DNA of 30,163 nucleotides from a virus (Duplodnaviria; Heunggongvirae; Uroviricota; Caudoviricetes): IMG/VR virus record IMGVR_UViG_2850796239_000002; one strand, 5' to 3'. Shown piece by piece: positions 1 to 9,301 of this stretch (position 1 is its first letter; each line of letters starts with the position of its first letter). The notes under the pieces were generated by a model. It saw only the letters and a program-made list of their open reading frames with translations, ran no database searches and was not told where the DNA came from. The position numbers and the translations under genes were made by a program.

Positions 1-738
1 TCACTTCGGGTAAGGCTGAATCCTGAATAGCTTAGTGTTTAGTCGCTTTTTTGCGCGCTTGTTCAGGAACCTGATGTAACGATATTGATTAAATTTGTGC
101 GCCACGGCCCGCTCCTTATTCGCTCGTAAATATTCGCCGCGCTTCCCTCCACGATTAATCGCATTCATCGTTATCTCGTGATACCACTCACCGTCCAGTT
201 CGTAGAATGTGCTTTCATGGCTGCCAATAAAATCAAAATTTGACGCCTGATACACAACACCTGCACGCCCGCAACGTTCGTCTGCAAAGGACTGAACCCA
301 CTCCACTGACGGATACAGTAACCTGATGGTTTTCAGCGCGTAGCTGATGGTCCGTGATTCAGAGTTGCGGGGCATGTCGTCGTGTAGCCACATGCGGTTC
401 AGTTCCATATAGCCCCGGTTATCCGTTTCAAGCACAACGCGACGCCCTGAGTTGGGGTTAAGGGCATATCCCCACTGAAGAACACCAACCAGATCACGTC
501 CACTGAATACGCCCAGATGCAACCAGGAGTTATTCACAAAACGGCGGGAATAATGCTTTGTCTGAATGATTGTGCGGGCCAGCCAGCAGGATATGGTTTC
601 AACGCGCAGCTCCCTTGAACCATAGCCGACAATCCGGCCTTCATACTCAATAACGCAGGGTTTTGTCAGAATGTGTGATTTCTTCTCTTTTCCCACAACA
701 CAGCTCCGTGGGATGCTCCCGGGCACTCGATATGACAA
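1..738 (-). CDS. mom: Mom-like DNA modification protein (Mu mom homologue); true start uncertain because the ORF overlaps the 3' end of com by 92 bp
   Basis: 245-aa minus-strand ORF ending at the window edge (stop = rc of 1..3); immediately downstream of and overlapping a com-like zinc-finger ORF, as in Mu where com precedes mom at the right end; position after tail-fibre genes matches Mu order. Identity is from remembered similarity, not a search. Confidence 0.55.
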   Translation of the reverse strand: MSYRVPGSIPRSCVVGKEKKSHILTKPCVIEYEGRIVGYGSRELRVETISCWLARTIIQTKHYSRRFVNNSWLHLGVFSGRDLVGVLQWGYALNPNSGRRVVLETDNRGYMELNRMWLHDDMPRNSESRTISYALKTIRLLYPSVEWVQSFADERCGRAGVVYQASNFDFIGSHESTFYELDGEWYHEITMNAINRGGKRGEYLRANKERAVAHKFNQYRYIRFLNKRAKKRLNTKLFRIQPYPK

Positions 739-832
739 TGTAACGTTTACAGCGAGGACATTTGATTTCTATATGCTTACAACCTCCTTTAAACAGCAAT
801 TTATTGCAATTTTTACAACGAACAGAATCCAT
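647..832 (-). CDS. com: Com-like zinc-finger translational activator of mom (61 aa from internal Met; track ORF extends to 892)
   Basis: Sequence [33 protein letters not shown]... carries the CxxC...CxxC zinc-finger pattern and ~62-aa size of phage Mu Com; stop TGA = rc of 647..649; overlaps mom start. Confidence 0.6.
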   Translation of the reverse strand: MDSVRCKNCNKLLFKGGCKHIEIKCPRCKRYIVISSAREHPTELCCGKREEITHSDKTLRY

Positions 833-906
833 AACTTCCCCCAGTGTAATAACAGGATATCGCTGCCCGGAGGGCTGGGGGTATTTAATCACACTTGATG
901 CAAACC

Positions 907-934
907 GACGATCGATATGATGCTATCGATCGTC
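907..934. promoter_or_regulatory. Perfect 11-bp inverted repeat (GACGATCGATA / TATCGATCGTC, 6-nt spacer) carrying two GATC Dam sites upstream of com-mom
   Basis: Read directly: 907..917 and 924..934 are reverse complements; GATC at 910..913 and 928..931; lies between the Tfa stop (957) and the com ORF. By analogy to the Dam/OxyR/C-regulated Mu mom promoter region. Confidence 0.35.
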
Positions 935-956
935 ATAAACTATACAAACTGATTAT

Positions 957-1577
957 TTAATCGCCTGGTCTGAACGCTCTCACCTCGTCCAGTGTGGGCA
1001 ACAGAGAAAGTTGTTCTTTCATCTCCCGCTGACAGCGATAAATCTCATCGTTGCGCTCAACAATGGCCTGCATCATCGCTGTGGCCAGTTCCTCAAGTTC
1101 CTGCGTCGTCAGCTGCACCTGCTGATTATCCGCATCGCTCCACGCCATATGTGTTTGTGCTGTGACAGATTTTGCCAGCATGACTACCGGGGACAGGCGG
1201 CCCAGTGAGTCGGGGCCAGCATTCCAGATACGACCGTTCCATTCAAACGTGAACGGCTTCGCCTCCTGTTCTGTGCGCCATGCTTCAATTTCCTGACGTC
1301 TGGCCTCTCTGGCCGCTTCCAGCATTTCTGGTGTCACAGTGAATGGGGCTATCTCACCCCATTTGCCGCTTTGCAGTTCCTGCCAGATTTGCTGACCCGT
1401 CGGAGCGACATCATCAGCGGTGGCTGTGTAGGGGACTGCCTGGTCCCTGTCGTCAAAAAAAACGTCACAGTCTACTGCGCCACTTTCGGTATAACGGGGA
1501 TTAATGATTTTTTTAATTTCCACAGTGCATTCCTCACGATGTGCGAATAAAAAGCCCAAGCATTGCGCCAGAGACAT
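957..1577 (-). CDS. Tail fibre assembly/chaperone protein (second Tfa-like gene)
   Basis: 206-aa ORF downstream of a side-tail-fibre-like gene; acidic, helical C-terminal half resembling Tfa-type chaperones; position in tail-fibre module. Confidence 0.5.
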   Translation of the reverse strand: MSLAQCLGFLFAHREECTVEIKKIINPRYTESGAVDCDVFFDDRDQAVPYTATADDVAPTGQQIWQELQSGKWGEIAPFTVTPEMLEAAREARRQEIEAWRTEQEAKPFTFEWNGRIWNAGPDSLGRLSPVVMLAKSVTAQTHMAWSDADNQQVQLTTQELEELATAMMQAIVERNDEIYRCQREMKEQLSLLPTLDEVRAFRPGD

Positions 1578-1883
1578 ATGTATCCGGCACCCCGGACAGG
1601 GCGCAATATGACCCCGGTAATGAATGCTCTGAACATCCCGTAATGAAATATTGTGGGTATACTATATGCGTTCCGGTGGGAGTACAGGGCGCTGAAATCC
1701 CCACCGGTCCCAGTCGTGAGCCTCTGTATGACCGCCCCCTGACAAGTCTGATGTCTTTATCACCGTCAGCTTTTCCCTGGTACGCAGCAATAATCAGCCC
1801 GCCAATGTCAGGGTCTCCCCATCTGTTGCGGACAGAGCTCGCCACGATTCTGTAAATAATATCTTCTGTGGCTATATTTATTT

Positions 1884-2858
1884 TCACCCAGTCAGTCTGG
1901 ATATGGGCCAGTAGCAGTAGCGGGTGTGATAAATGGGGCCGTTAATGCCGTAAAAAGTAAGGGATTTGGCTCTGTACCGCGGTTCCCTTGTCTCAGGGCG
2001 TGCATCAGTCCACCGGATGCTGAGCCCCCCTTCAAACCGTGTGTCGGGTATGATGATGCCGTAGGGGCCAGCAACGGAATATTCACCTGGCAGCGCATTC
2101 CTTACCCAGGCCAGGAAATCACTCTTAGTGTCAAAACGGATAACATCTTCAGGCAGAAAAGCACACCCAAAGCCGAATGCGCCGGGTATCGCCAGACGGC
2201 CTTTTGTCCGGTCGTAAATGTCGCTCTGTGCTTCCATCGTGGCCGCACTTTTCAGCCTCAGATTATCCCGGGACTTCTGTTGTGCCTTTTCGCCTGCTGC
2301 TGCGATTTCTGACAGATGGTTAGCCATTTTCAGAGTGCCGGTCAGCGCAGCATCAATGTCATTTTTGGCCTGTTCTGCTGCGCGGGCATAACCTGCGGCA
2401 TCCTGTGCGCTCTGTCCGGCTGCGGCTGCCGCCACATCCTGCGCCGTCTGCTGTGCGTTTCCGGCTGCGGCCCCGGCACTCTGCTGCGCCTGTTGCGCCA
2501 GCTCTTCGAATTTCTTCAGGGATTCCGGACACAGGTCAATATCAGTTGCGCCCAGAAAATCATTCAGCGAACCGTCCGCTGAATCTTCATAAACGCGAAT
2601 GACACCGATTTCTGAAAGGCGTTGTGCGCTCTGTGTCAGGCGAACGCTGTACACGCCCGGCAGAACAGGGAAGTCGTACTCTCCACTCTGTGTGGTGACG
2701 TGGCTGAAAACACTTTTCAGGATCCCTGCACGATTGTGCAGGGAGGTCAGTGTAATGGTTGCGCCGCCCAGCGGTTCTCCCGTGGGCGTTTTTATCACAC
2801 CTTTAAGCTGCGGCATCGGGACGCTCCGGCCAGTTGATGGCATCAAAGGAGATTTCAT
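1884..2858 (-). CDS. Side tail fibre protein with prophage tail-fibre N-terminal domain (Stf-like); probable true start at internal Met near 2816
   Basis: N-terminal segment LKGVIKTPTGEPLGGATITLTS...IRVYEDSADGSLNDFLGA resembles the conserved N-terminal domain of E. coli prophage Stf proteins; followed by an Ala/Gln-rich shaft. Confidence 0.6.
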   Translation of the reverse strand: MKSPLMPSTGRSVPMPQLKGVIKTPTGEPLGGATITLTSLHNRAGILKSVFSHVTTQSGEYDFPVLPGVYSVRLTQSAQRLSEIGVIRVYEDSADGSLNDFLGATDIDLCPESLKKFEELAQQAQQSAGAAAGNAQQTAQDVAAAAAGQSAQDAAGYARAAEQAKNDIDAALTGTLKMANHLSEIAAAGEKAQQKSRDNLRLKSAATMEAQSDIYDRTKGRLAIPGAFGFGCAFLPEDVIRFDTKSDFLAWVRNALPGEYSVAGPYGIIIPDTRFEGGLSIRWTDARPETREPRYRAKSLTFYGINGPIYHTRYCYWPISRLTG

Positions 2859-3369
2859 CGGTAGCAGTGCTTAAATCCAGCACCTTCACCGCTTTGATAT
2901 ATTCCATCCACTGCGTAAGACGGACTTTGTCATCGTCGCTGATGGTGCCCAGCTCCAGCTTGGTTTTCCAGTCGGAAGTGATTTCCTTTGCTTCATTCAG
3001 CAAGCGCTGACGTTGCTTTTCTGCCAGTTTCGAATAATCAACAGGAACTGGCAGTACTTCGCCATCCCGGTAATACCAGCTGGCTTCGATGTCAAAACCC
3101 TCCGGCAGCTCATCCACTTCCACAATGGTAAAACCAACAGGATAAAGACGGGACACGTCTTCTGCCATTGAATAAATCACGCCGGTTTCCGGGTGAATAC
3201 ATAATTTGTATTTCTTCGTGAATTTATCCAGTGATTCATAAAAATCCTGTCCGTCTTCACTGCGGAAATACTGAATGTTTTCACCATAAGGCATTTCTTC
3301 CGGGTAATAACGCGTGACGTTTCTGAGTTCCATTATTTTCTCCTTAATTAGCCGGATACCGTGCGCCAT
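2803..3369 (-). CDS. Tail fibre assembly protein (Tfa/Mu U-like)
   Basis: 188 aa; typical Tfa length, composition and C-terminal region (…DDKVRLTQWMEYIKAVKVLDLS…WPERP); directly downstream of a tail fibre gene, with overlapping start/stop. Confidence 0.65.
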   Translation of the reverse strand: MAHGIRLIKEKIMELRNVTRYYPEEMPYGENIQYFRSEDGQDFYESLDKFTKKYKLCIHPETGVIYSMAEDVSRLYPVGFTIVEVDELPEGFDIEASWYYRDGEVLPVPVDYSKLAEKQRQRLLNEAKEITSDWKTKLELGTISDDDKVRLTQWMEYIKAVKVLDLSTATDEISFDAINWPERPDAAA

Positions 3370-4343
3370 CCGCCATTGATATAAATCTGAGTTTGTTTGT
3401 AATACACACCCCCGATGTTATCCGCAGAGCTTTTGCCAGTTTCCTGAACGTTAATACCTGACAAAATACACCCTGAAGGCGCGCGGAATACCCAGGAAAT
3501 TTCGTTACCACCGGGATTGTGAAACACTTCGCTGGTGTATCTGAAATCACGTACTGCACCAGAATCGGTGCTGCTGATGGTGATATCTCTGGTGCCATCA
3601 AATGCCGTACCGTTAATTTTGCTTGGGGTCTGTAGTTTTGTGGCGGATGCTGCGTTGAAGCTGTCTTTTGATGTAAACACCTGCGCCCATTCAGACCAGA
3701 CTGCATCGGTGGTATCACGCCTTGAGCGAATATAAACCGGAGCATGTGCACCGCTCGTGCCACTCCAGCCAATCAGCAGTTCGCCTTCGCCAGATGCTGC
3801 CGCGCCTTTCAGATGCAGAACATTGCCATAAGCTGTGGGATAGCCGTTGTTGTACACTTCATACATCTGAAGTCCTGCATTGCCCTGTGCTGTACTGCTT
3901 AATGCTGTCACCGGTCCTTTTGATAAAAGGATGTCTGGTGACAGGCCGATTGCTTTAATAAATTCACTGGCGCTGTTTTTCCCGAGAATACCGCGAACAA
4001 AAGCACTGAGCGGCGTTAATGCCATTGTGTCTTTGCCGGTAAAATACGGGAACATATTATTCTGACCGGTTAATCCGGCAATAGCTCCGGCTGAACCACT
4101 GTTCGTAATAAACAGTTTTTTCAGCGCTGTCATAATCTGGTCGGTTGTGTTTTTATCCGGTTTGATATTTGCCTGCCGGAGTATTTCCAGTAATTCAGAC
4201 TGAATAATATTAAACCAGTCCGGCCCCGGATACGTGGGCGGAATACCGTTCCCGCCTTCGGTGAAATAAAGCGTTGTTTTGCTTAATTCAGCCGCGACAG
4301 GTGGCATTACCGGCACACCCGTCGGGTTATCCACATAAAACAT
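3348..4343 (-). CDS. Tail fibre protein (Mu S-like position)
   Basis: 331-aa Gly/Ser/Thr/Asn-rich ORF between gp48-like gene and Tfa, in the Mu tail-fibre position. Confidence 0.5.
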   Translation of the reverse strand: MFYVDNPTGVPVMPPVAAELSKTTLYFTEGGNGIPPTYPGPDWFNIIQSELLEILRQANIKPDKNTTDQIMTALKKLFITNSGSAGAIAGLTGQNNMFPYFTGKDTMALTPLSAFVRGILGKNSASEFIKAIGLSPDILLSKGPVTALSSTAQGNAGLQMYEVYNNGYPTAYGNVLHLKGAAASGEGELLIGWSGTSGAHAPVYIRSRRDTTDAVWSEWAQVFTSKDSFNAASATKLQTPSKINGTAFDGTRDITISSTDSGAVRDFRYTSEVFHNPGGNEISWVFRAPSGCILSGINVQETGKSSADNIGGVYYKQTQIYINGGWRTVSG

Positions 4344-4346
4344 AAA

Positions 4347-4931
4347 TTATTCTCCGGTGTAATAATATTCATATTCCGTGCCCGCCAGCCGGTAATGCTT
4401 CAGCAGGCATTCCAGCTCACGGGTGCGTTCGCTGATTAATGGTGTCATGACGCCATCAATACAGGTAAACCGCCCGGCATCTTTACCCGGGACGTTCACT
4501 TTCAGCATCCAGCGATACCGCGCCGGATGCAGCGGATACATGCAGTCGCGCAGACAGTGGTGCGGCAGAACGGCTGTCACCTTAATGGTGAAGCCCAGCG
4601 CCGCTGCTGCGGCTTCAGTCTGCCAGGTTGCCAGCCCGCCCCTGCGACGGTAGTTCTCCACCACGGCACGGCGGCGGGCTTCCCTGGTGGTGGGGGCAAT
4701 TCCGCATTCCGGCAGCGCCAGATACTGCTCCCACTCCGGCAGCAGCCGGAGCGTGGTTTCCGGTCGCATCTCCACATGCAGACGCGAGGCGTCGTATTCA
4801 GTGCGGTTTAAACGTTCTGCAAGCGCCCTTAAAAAGCGGTTTAAATCCGCGTCGTTATCACGCGGCCATGCCTTACCCCGTGGCATGACCTGTTGCAGTG
4901 CGGCCAGCCATTCCGTCACGCTGTGAGCCAT
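4347..4931 (-). CDS. Mu gp48-like tail protein (DUF2313/YmfQ-like)
   Basis: 194-aa ORF immediately downstream of the baseplate J-like gene and upstream of the tail fibre, in Mu gene order. Confidence 0.45.
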   Translation of the reverse strand: MAHSVTEWLAALQQVMPRGKAWPRDNDADLNRFLRALAERLNRTEYDASRLHVEMRPETTLRLLPEWEQYLALPECGIAPTTREARRRAVVENYRRRGGLATWQTEAAAAALGFTIKVTAVLPHHCLRDCMYPLHPARYRWMLKVNVPGKDAGRFTCIDGVMTPLISERTRELECLLKHYRLAGTEYEYYYTGE

Positions 4932-5991
4932 GTCACCTCCCCGATGGTGATAAGCTCATCCACATCACTGGTGGTGTCCTCCCCGATGTTAAGGAAGTAA
5001 TCCGTGATGCCGGACGTCATACCGATGGCCGTGCGCAGCGAGGACACCGGCAGCGTCTGACCGGGTGCCAGTGTCTTCTGTAACGCGGTCAGGTTTGCCC
5101 GGACGGCGCTCCTGTTCGCCAGGCTGTCCGGTGTCAGACGGATGGATATGCTGACTTTCTTCAGCCTGACCTGTACCGGCCAGACCTCAATGCCGCCCGG
5201 TTTACCCACCATCACGCCCGTGGCCGGGTGTTTGTGGCAGAACAGATACTGCTCCATTGTCTTCAGGTCTTCGCGGGTTGGCACGATGTTTTCCCGGTCA
5301 TCATAAAGCCATGCCAGCCCGACCGTGCCGGGGCCGTGCCATGCATCCCACGCCCACGCGCGGCTGACGCCCGGCACTTCACGCGCCCATATCACGTAGT
5401 CATGCAACGCGCCGCCTGTCGGTGGATTGCGGCGCACATACAGCAGACGGTCCAGCAGCGCTGCGATGGATTCAGTGTCTGCGCCACCGGTGATGCCACC
5501 TTCAGCCACCGCGCCTGTGCTGGCCGTTCCGGGCAGCGGGGACAGCAGGGTGAGTACGGCACCGGCAGCAAGATTGCCCGCCACACCGGCTTCTTCAGCC
5601 TGCACGATGACGGTGACCTCGCCGTCCTGCACCTCGCCGGACGTGAGTACCTGATACACCTGGTTCGTGTCGGACTGCATCCGGGTTTCTGCCGGAAGGG
5701 GGACTGACTGGTGAAGGTCACCCGCCCGCTGGCAAAGGTGGCCTGCTTGCGGATAACCCCTTCATACTTTGCTGTTTTGATAATGGTTTCATCATCAGAC
5801 GTGGTGGACGGGATTATCTGGTCCTTAATCCAGCTCTGATGGTCGTATAAATCCCGGACCTGACTGCTGAATGACACGTTCAGCGCCTGCTCAACACTGA
5901 CAGGCGGCAGCTTTTGCAGGCCGAGTTCATACGCAATATCTTTTTCGCCGTCGGCAATCAGTTTGCCCAGCGTGGGGATTTCATACGGCAT
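4916..5991 (-). pseudogene. Baseplate J-like protein (Mu gp47-like), split by a -1 frameshift in a G5/C5 homopolymer at 5698..5702
   Basis: Two overlapping minus-strand ORFs (5392..5991 and 4916..5680) in different frames; translating across the run shows one extra C (C5 to C6) would join ...RVTFTSQS to PLPAETRMQSDTNQVY... in a single ~357-aa frame. Confidence 0.6.
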
Positions 5992-6433
5992 TAATGGTGG
6001 CCTCCCATCGACGGGTGATTTCGATTCTGAGTGTGGTTTTGTCCGGGCGGGTTAACACCACCAGAAAGGCAATACGGTCAGGAATGATGATGCTGGCCGT
6101 GACGGTGGCGTTACGGGCGTAACCGGCACGCAGAAGCGGCTGCATGGACAGCCGCGCGTAATCTTCCACGTGCAGGCGGACATCTTCCGTCAGCTTTTCA
6201 CGCTCAAGCAGCCACAGGCGGGAACCCCACGAAAAATCGCTGTACGTGTCGCCCGGCCAGCCGCGCGGGTCGCCGGAGCCGTCAGGAATGACATCATCGT
6301 CATCAGCGCGGGCATCGGTGAAAAGGCAGATAAGAACCTGAGTGACCAGCCCCTCATCTCGTGAGAGGCCGTTATGGGTGACGGTGATGTCACCCCGTGA
6401 GAGCATGTTATTCCAGCGGATTTCTGTTGTCAT
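5981..6433 (-). CDS. Mu gp46-like baseplate protein (P2 gpW-like)
   Basis: 150-aa ORF between the spike (V-like) and baseplate J-like genes; start/stop overlap with neighbours. Confidence 0.45.
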   Translation of the reverse strand: MTTEIRWNNMLSRGDITVTHNGLSRDEGLVTQVLICLFTDARADDDDVIPDGSGDPRGWPGDTYSDFSWGSRLWLLEREKLTEDVRLHVEDYARLSMQPLLRAGYARNATVTASIIIPDRIAFLVVLTRPDKTTLRIEITRRWEATINAV

Positions 6434-6966
6434 ACGGGCGGTGATGTATTCTCATTGTCGCCGTCCTTATGAATGTGTTCGCTGAATGATTTACCCTTGA
6501 TTCTGACATCTTCAGTGAATTCACAGGGACCGACGAATTTCATTTGTTTACCGATAATATTCAGCAGTTCGTCGGCAGTGAGATTTACCGTTTTCCCTGA
6601 AAAGTCTAATTGTTCTCCTGTGATTTCAATGACGCCGTTTTCCTTCAGGGTGATGTGTGATTTGCCGTCCCGGTGATACACCCTGACATCGCCGGGGGAC
6701 AGTCCTTTCGGGCGACATCGCTTGTCTTCCACCGCGATGGCAACCAGCCCGTCACGCCGTCCGCCAACGGCCAGCACAATGGCTTCAGAACCTTCCGGCG
6801 GAACGGACGTAAACCCGTAGTTCTGGAAGCGTTCCACGTCGTCATCGGTGGCATCTGCCAGCGTCTGAATTTGCAGGTTCTGCCGTGCCAGACCGTCAGA
6901 CACCAGGCGGACAACAGCGCGGTCAACCATCAGTCGCAGGCGGCGGGCAATTGCGTTTAATCCCAT
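6430..6966 (-). CDS. Baseplate assembly protein V / central spike (Mu gp45-like)
   Basis: 178-aa ORF in the conserved position after the hub gene; gpV-like size and position. Confidence 0.5.
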   Translation of the reverse strand: MGLNAIARRLRLMVDRAVVRLVSDGLARQNLQIQTLADATDDDVERFQNYGFTSVPPEGSEAIVLAVGGRRDGLVAIAVEDKRCRPKGLSPGDVRVYHRDGKSHITLKENGVIEITGEQLDFSGKTVNLTADELLNIIGKQMKFVGPCEFTEDVRIKGKSFSEHIHKDGDNENTSPPV

Positions 6967-8027
6967 GTGGCCACCGCCTTTGTTTTTTTCGTCTTCGCTT
7001 TCATTTCCGGCATGTCCAGTGATTCAGGCGGAACCAGCGCCAGAACCGTCATCCTCCCCTGTGCGCCATCCGTCCATGTCACCCCGGATATCAGCCAGGT
7101 GGTTTTCAGGTTCTGAATGCTGTCGTCGATATCGACAAGGCGGTTGGTCTGCCACAGCGGGCCGCTGTCGCCCTGTTCGCGCCAGCCTGCCACCGTGATT
7201 TCCGTCGTGCGGGACTCTCCCAGCATCCGGGCTTTGTACCATTCCCCGCGAATGCTGGCCCCGCCCACGGTCAGGCTGTCTTCATTGACCAGAATGCGCG
7301 GGCGGTAACGGTTAATTTCCGGGGCTTCGGTGATGTACTGGCGACCGCCCACCATCGGGGCAGGCTGGCTGTCCCACAGTTTGCCACGGGCACTGGTGGT
7401 GCCCTTGATGATGTACTGGCTGTTACGCTCCCGCCAGCTGAAGCGCCCACGGGCGGCGAGGATATTTTTTCCCAGCACCAGTGACACGCCCGCGCGAACG
7501 GAAGAGGCGCGGGTGATAATCAGGTTACCCGCGCCGTCAGACGTCAGCAGAACGCCGCGCTGTTTTGCCAGCCGGTCGAGCAGTTCAAAGCCCGTTTCAC
7601 CCTGTTCCAGAACGACAGACGCAAATGCCTCCCCGGTCGGGGTTTCCGTGATGACGGTTATCCCGAACGGGCGGCAGACATCAGCCGCCACCTGTTCAAG
7701 CCGCACGCCTTTCCATTTCCCGGACGAATGCACCACAGAGCAGTCCACCAGATCGCCGGTTTTATCGCGCCCCATGACGCGAATCTCCACGTTTTCAGCC
7801 TCATAGCCGGGAATAAAATCATCGATATACCCCGTCAGCACGGTATCCGCGCCCAGCCTGACCGTGCAGGGTTGCCCCTCACGAATCACGCGCGGTGCCG
7901 CCGCTGACCAGCGGGTTGTCACACTGAGTTCAAACTCACCGGCAATCGCCTTCAGGGAACGGCTGACGGACATTTCCGTCCAGCCTTCCCACAGTTTGCC
8001 GTCAACGGTAAGAATCACGGATTCCAT
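6957..8027 (-). CDS. Baseplate hub / tail protein (Mu gp44, P2 gpD-like)
   Basis: 356-aa ORF between DNA-circulation N-like and spike genes, in Mu order. Confidence 0.5.
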   Translation of the reverse strand: MESVILTVDGKLWEGWTEMSVSRSLKAIAGEFELSVTTRWSAAAPRVIREGQPCTVRLGADTVLTGYIDDFIPGYEAENVEIRVMGRDKTGDLVDCSVVHSSGKWKGVRLEQVAADVCRPFGITVITETPTGEAFASVVLEQGETGFELLDRLAKQRGVLLTSDGAGNLIITRASSVRAGVSLVLGKNILAARGRFSWRERNSQYIIKGTTSARGKLWDSQPAPMVGGRQYITEAPEINRYRPRILVNEDSLTVGGASIRGEWYKARMLGESRTTEITVAGWREQGDSGPLWQTNRLVDIDDSIQNLKTTWLISGVTWTDGAQGRMTVLALVPPESLDMPEMKAKTKKTKAVATWD

Positions 8028-9301
8028 CAGTCGGTGATCTCCACAGGTTGCGTCGGCAGGATGAATGACGGATGACGCAGGCGGTTACGCTGCACGATTT
8101 CATCCCGTCGGCGTGTGTCACCATGCTCGCGCCATGCCAGCAATGCGGCAGAGGTGGTTGTGGTCAGCGTCACCTGCCGGGTTTCCGGCAGACGGGCGGC
8201 ACGCTCGCGGGCATCCGTAATCACGGCCTGCCGTAAATCGCGCAGCGTTCGCCACAATGTCCGCTGGTTGTTTTCCACCGCCGCAACCGCCTGCTCATGC
8301 AGTTCAGCCGCCAGCGTGTCACCGGCAGATAACGCCGCATCACGGGTATCGAACGTCATCGAGGCTACGGCACTGGCCTGTCCCAGCAGGGCTCCCAGCA
8401 CAACCACCTGGCGGAAGTCGTCAATGTTCTTTTGCAGGCTGTCAGATACCGGCTGATAATCCGGTGACAGCCCGATGGCAAAGCCGGGGTTGCCGTCTGC
8501 CACGCTGCCGGGCTTCACGGTGATATCTTCCGGCAGTGCGCCGGTGGCAATCTGCCTGGCACGTTCTCCGGCCCACTGGTTGCGTAATGTCGTGTAAACC
8601 GCCAGTGCTTCGGGTGGTTCCGTCACAAGGCCCGCAATATCTTCCACCCGTGCTGACAGCTCACTGACCAGACGCCCCGGTGTGGCAATGAGGGTTCCGG
8701 CCATCGCCTTAAAATGCTTCAGCCTGTCCATCCACTGATTCAGTGCTGCCGGTAACGTGGGCAGGTTAGCCACAAGGTTTTCCATATCGGCCAGAAAACT
8801 GTCGGCCATGTCACCCAGCCCGTCGAGTGCGCCGAACCAGTCGCCATCGTCAATGGCGGCTTTCACCGCATCAATGCCTGTCAGCACTTCCTGCTGCGTG
8901 TTATCCGCCGCAGACGGGAACAGGCGCTCGCCTGCCTCAAACACTTCAAAGGTGACATACGCAATGCCGTCTTCCTCCGTGCAGAGGCGATGGGTGACCT
9001 TGCCAACCTGTACGGTCTGTATCCCGAACCACGGGTGGACAAGCTCGCCGGGGCCGGGGGTATTGAGCGCATCTAAAAGGGCGTTTAAATCATCCCGGAA
9101 GTTTTTACCTGGCAGCTTTGCGTTAATCTGCTGTTGCCCCGGAACGGCCCCGTTATCATCCGTCCAGGCGGTTTCACGCCGGGGATAAGCACGGGGAATG
9201 GCACGACGACCACCGGTGCCCTCCGTATCCACCAGAAAGAAGGGGACGCCACGAAACGAGGCGTCGCGCAGCCCGTCCCATTTACCGTTGCTCGTTGTCA
9301 T
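8027..9301 (-). CDS. DNA circulation protein N-like (Mu gp43-like)
   Basis: 424-aa ORF directly downstream of the tape measure gene with stop/start overlap, as in Mu. Confidence 0.5.
   Translation of the reverse strand: MTTSNGKWDGLRDASFRGVPFFLVDTEGTGGRRAIPRAYPRRETAWTDDNGAVPGQQQINAKLPGKNFRDDLNALLDALNTPGPGELVHPWFGIQTVQVGKVTHRLCTEEDGIAYVTFEVFEAGERLFPSAADNTQQEVLTGIDAVKAAIDDGDWFGALDGLGDMADSFLADMENLVANLPTLPAALNQWMDRLKHFKAMAGTLIATPGRLVSELSARVEDIAGLVTEPPEALAVYTTLRNQWAGERARQIATGALPEDITVKPGSVADGNPGFAIGLSPDYQPVSDSLQKNIDDFRQVVVLGALLGQASAVASMTFDTRDAALSAGDTLAAELHEQAVAAVENNQRTLWRTLRDLRQAVITDARERAARLPETRQVTLTTTTSAALLAWREHGDTRRRDEIVQRNRLRHPSFILPTQPVEITD

Noticed and set aside
907-934. Rho-independent terminator downstream of the tail fibre assembly gene
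   Set aside because: The perfect hairpin is not followed by a T-tract on the transcribed (minus) strand, and it contains two GATC sites, so a regulatory operator is the more plausible reading.
1534-1887. 117-aa minus-strand ORF (and overlapping plus-strand ORF 1541..1855) as a real gene between fibre and Tfa
   Set aside because: No recognisable features and ORFs on both strands over the same DNA. It is more likely non-coding or a relic; kept only as a question in the findings.
3344-3772. 142-aa ORF overlapping the tail fibre gene in another frame
   Set aside because: Fully embedded in the better-supported 331-aa tail fibre ORF; typical spurious alternative-frame ORF in GC-rich coding DNA.
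957-4343. Mu-type invertible G segment with gin invertase
   Set aside because: No recombinase-like ORF lies between the tail-fibre genes and com, and both fibre/Tfa pairs are co-directional rather than inverted relative to each other.
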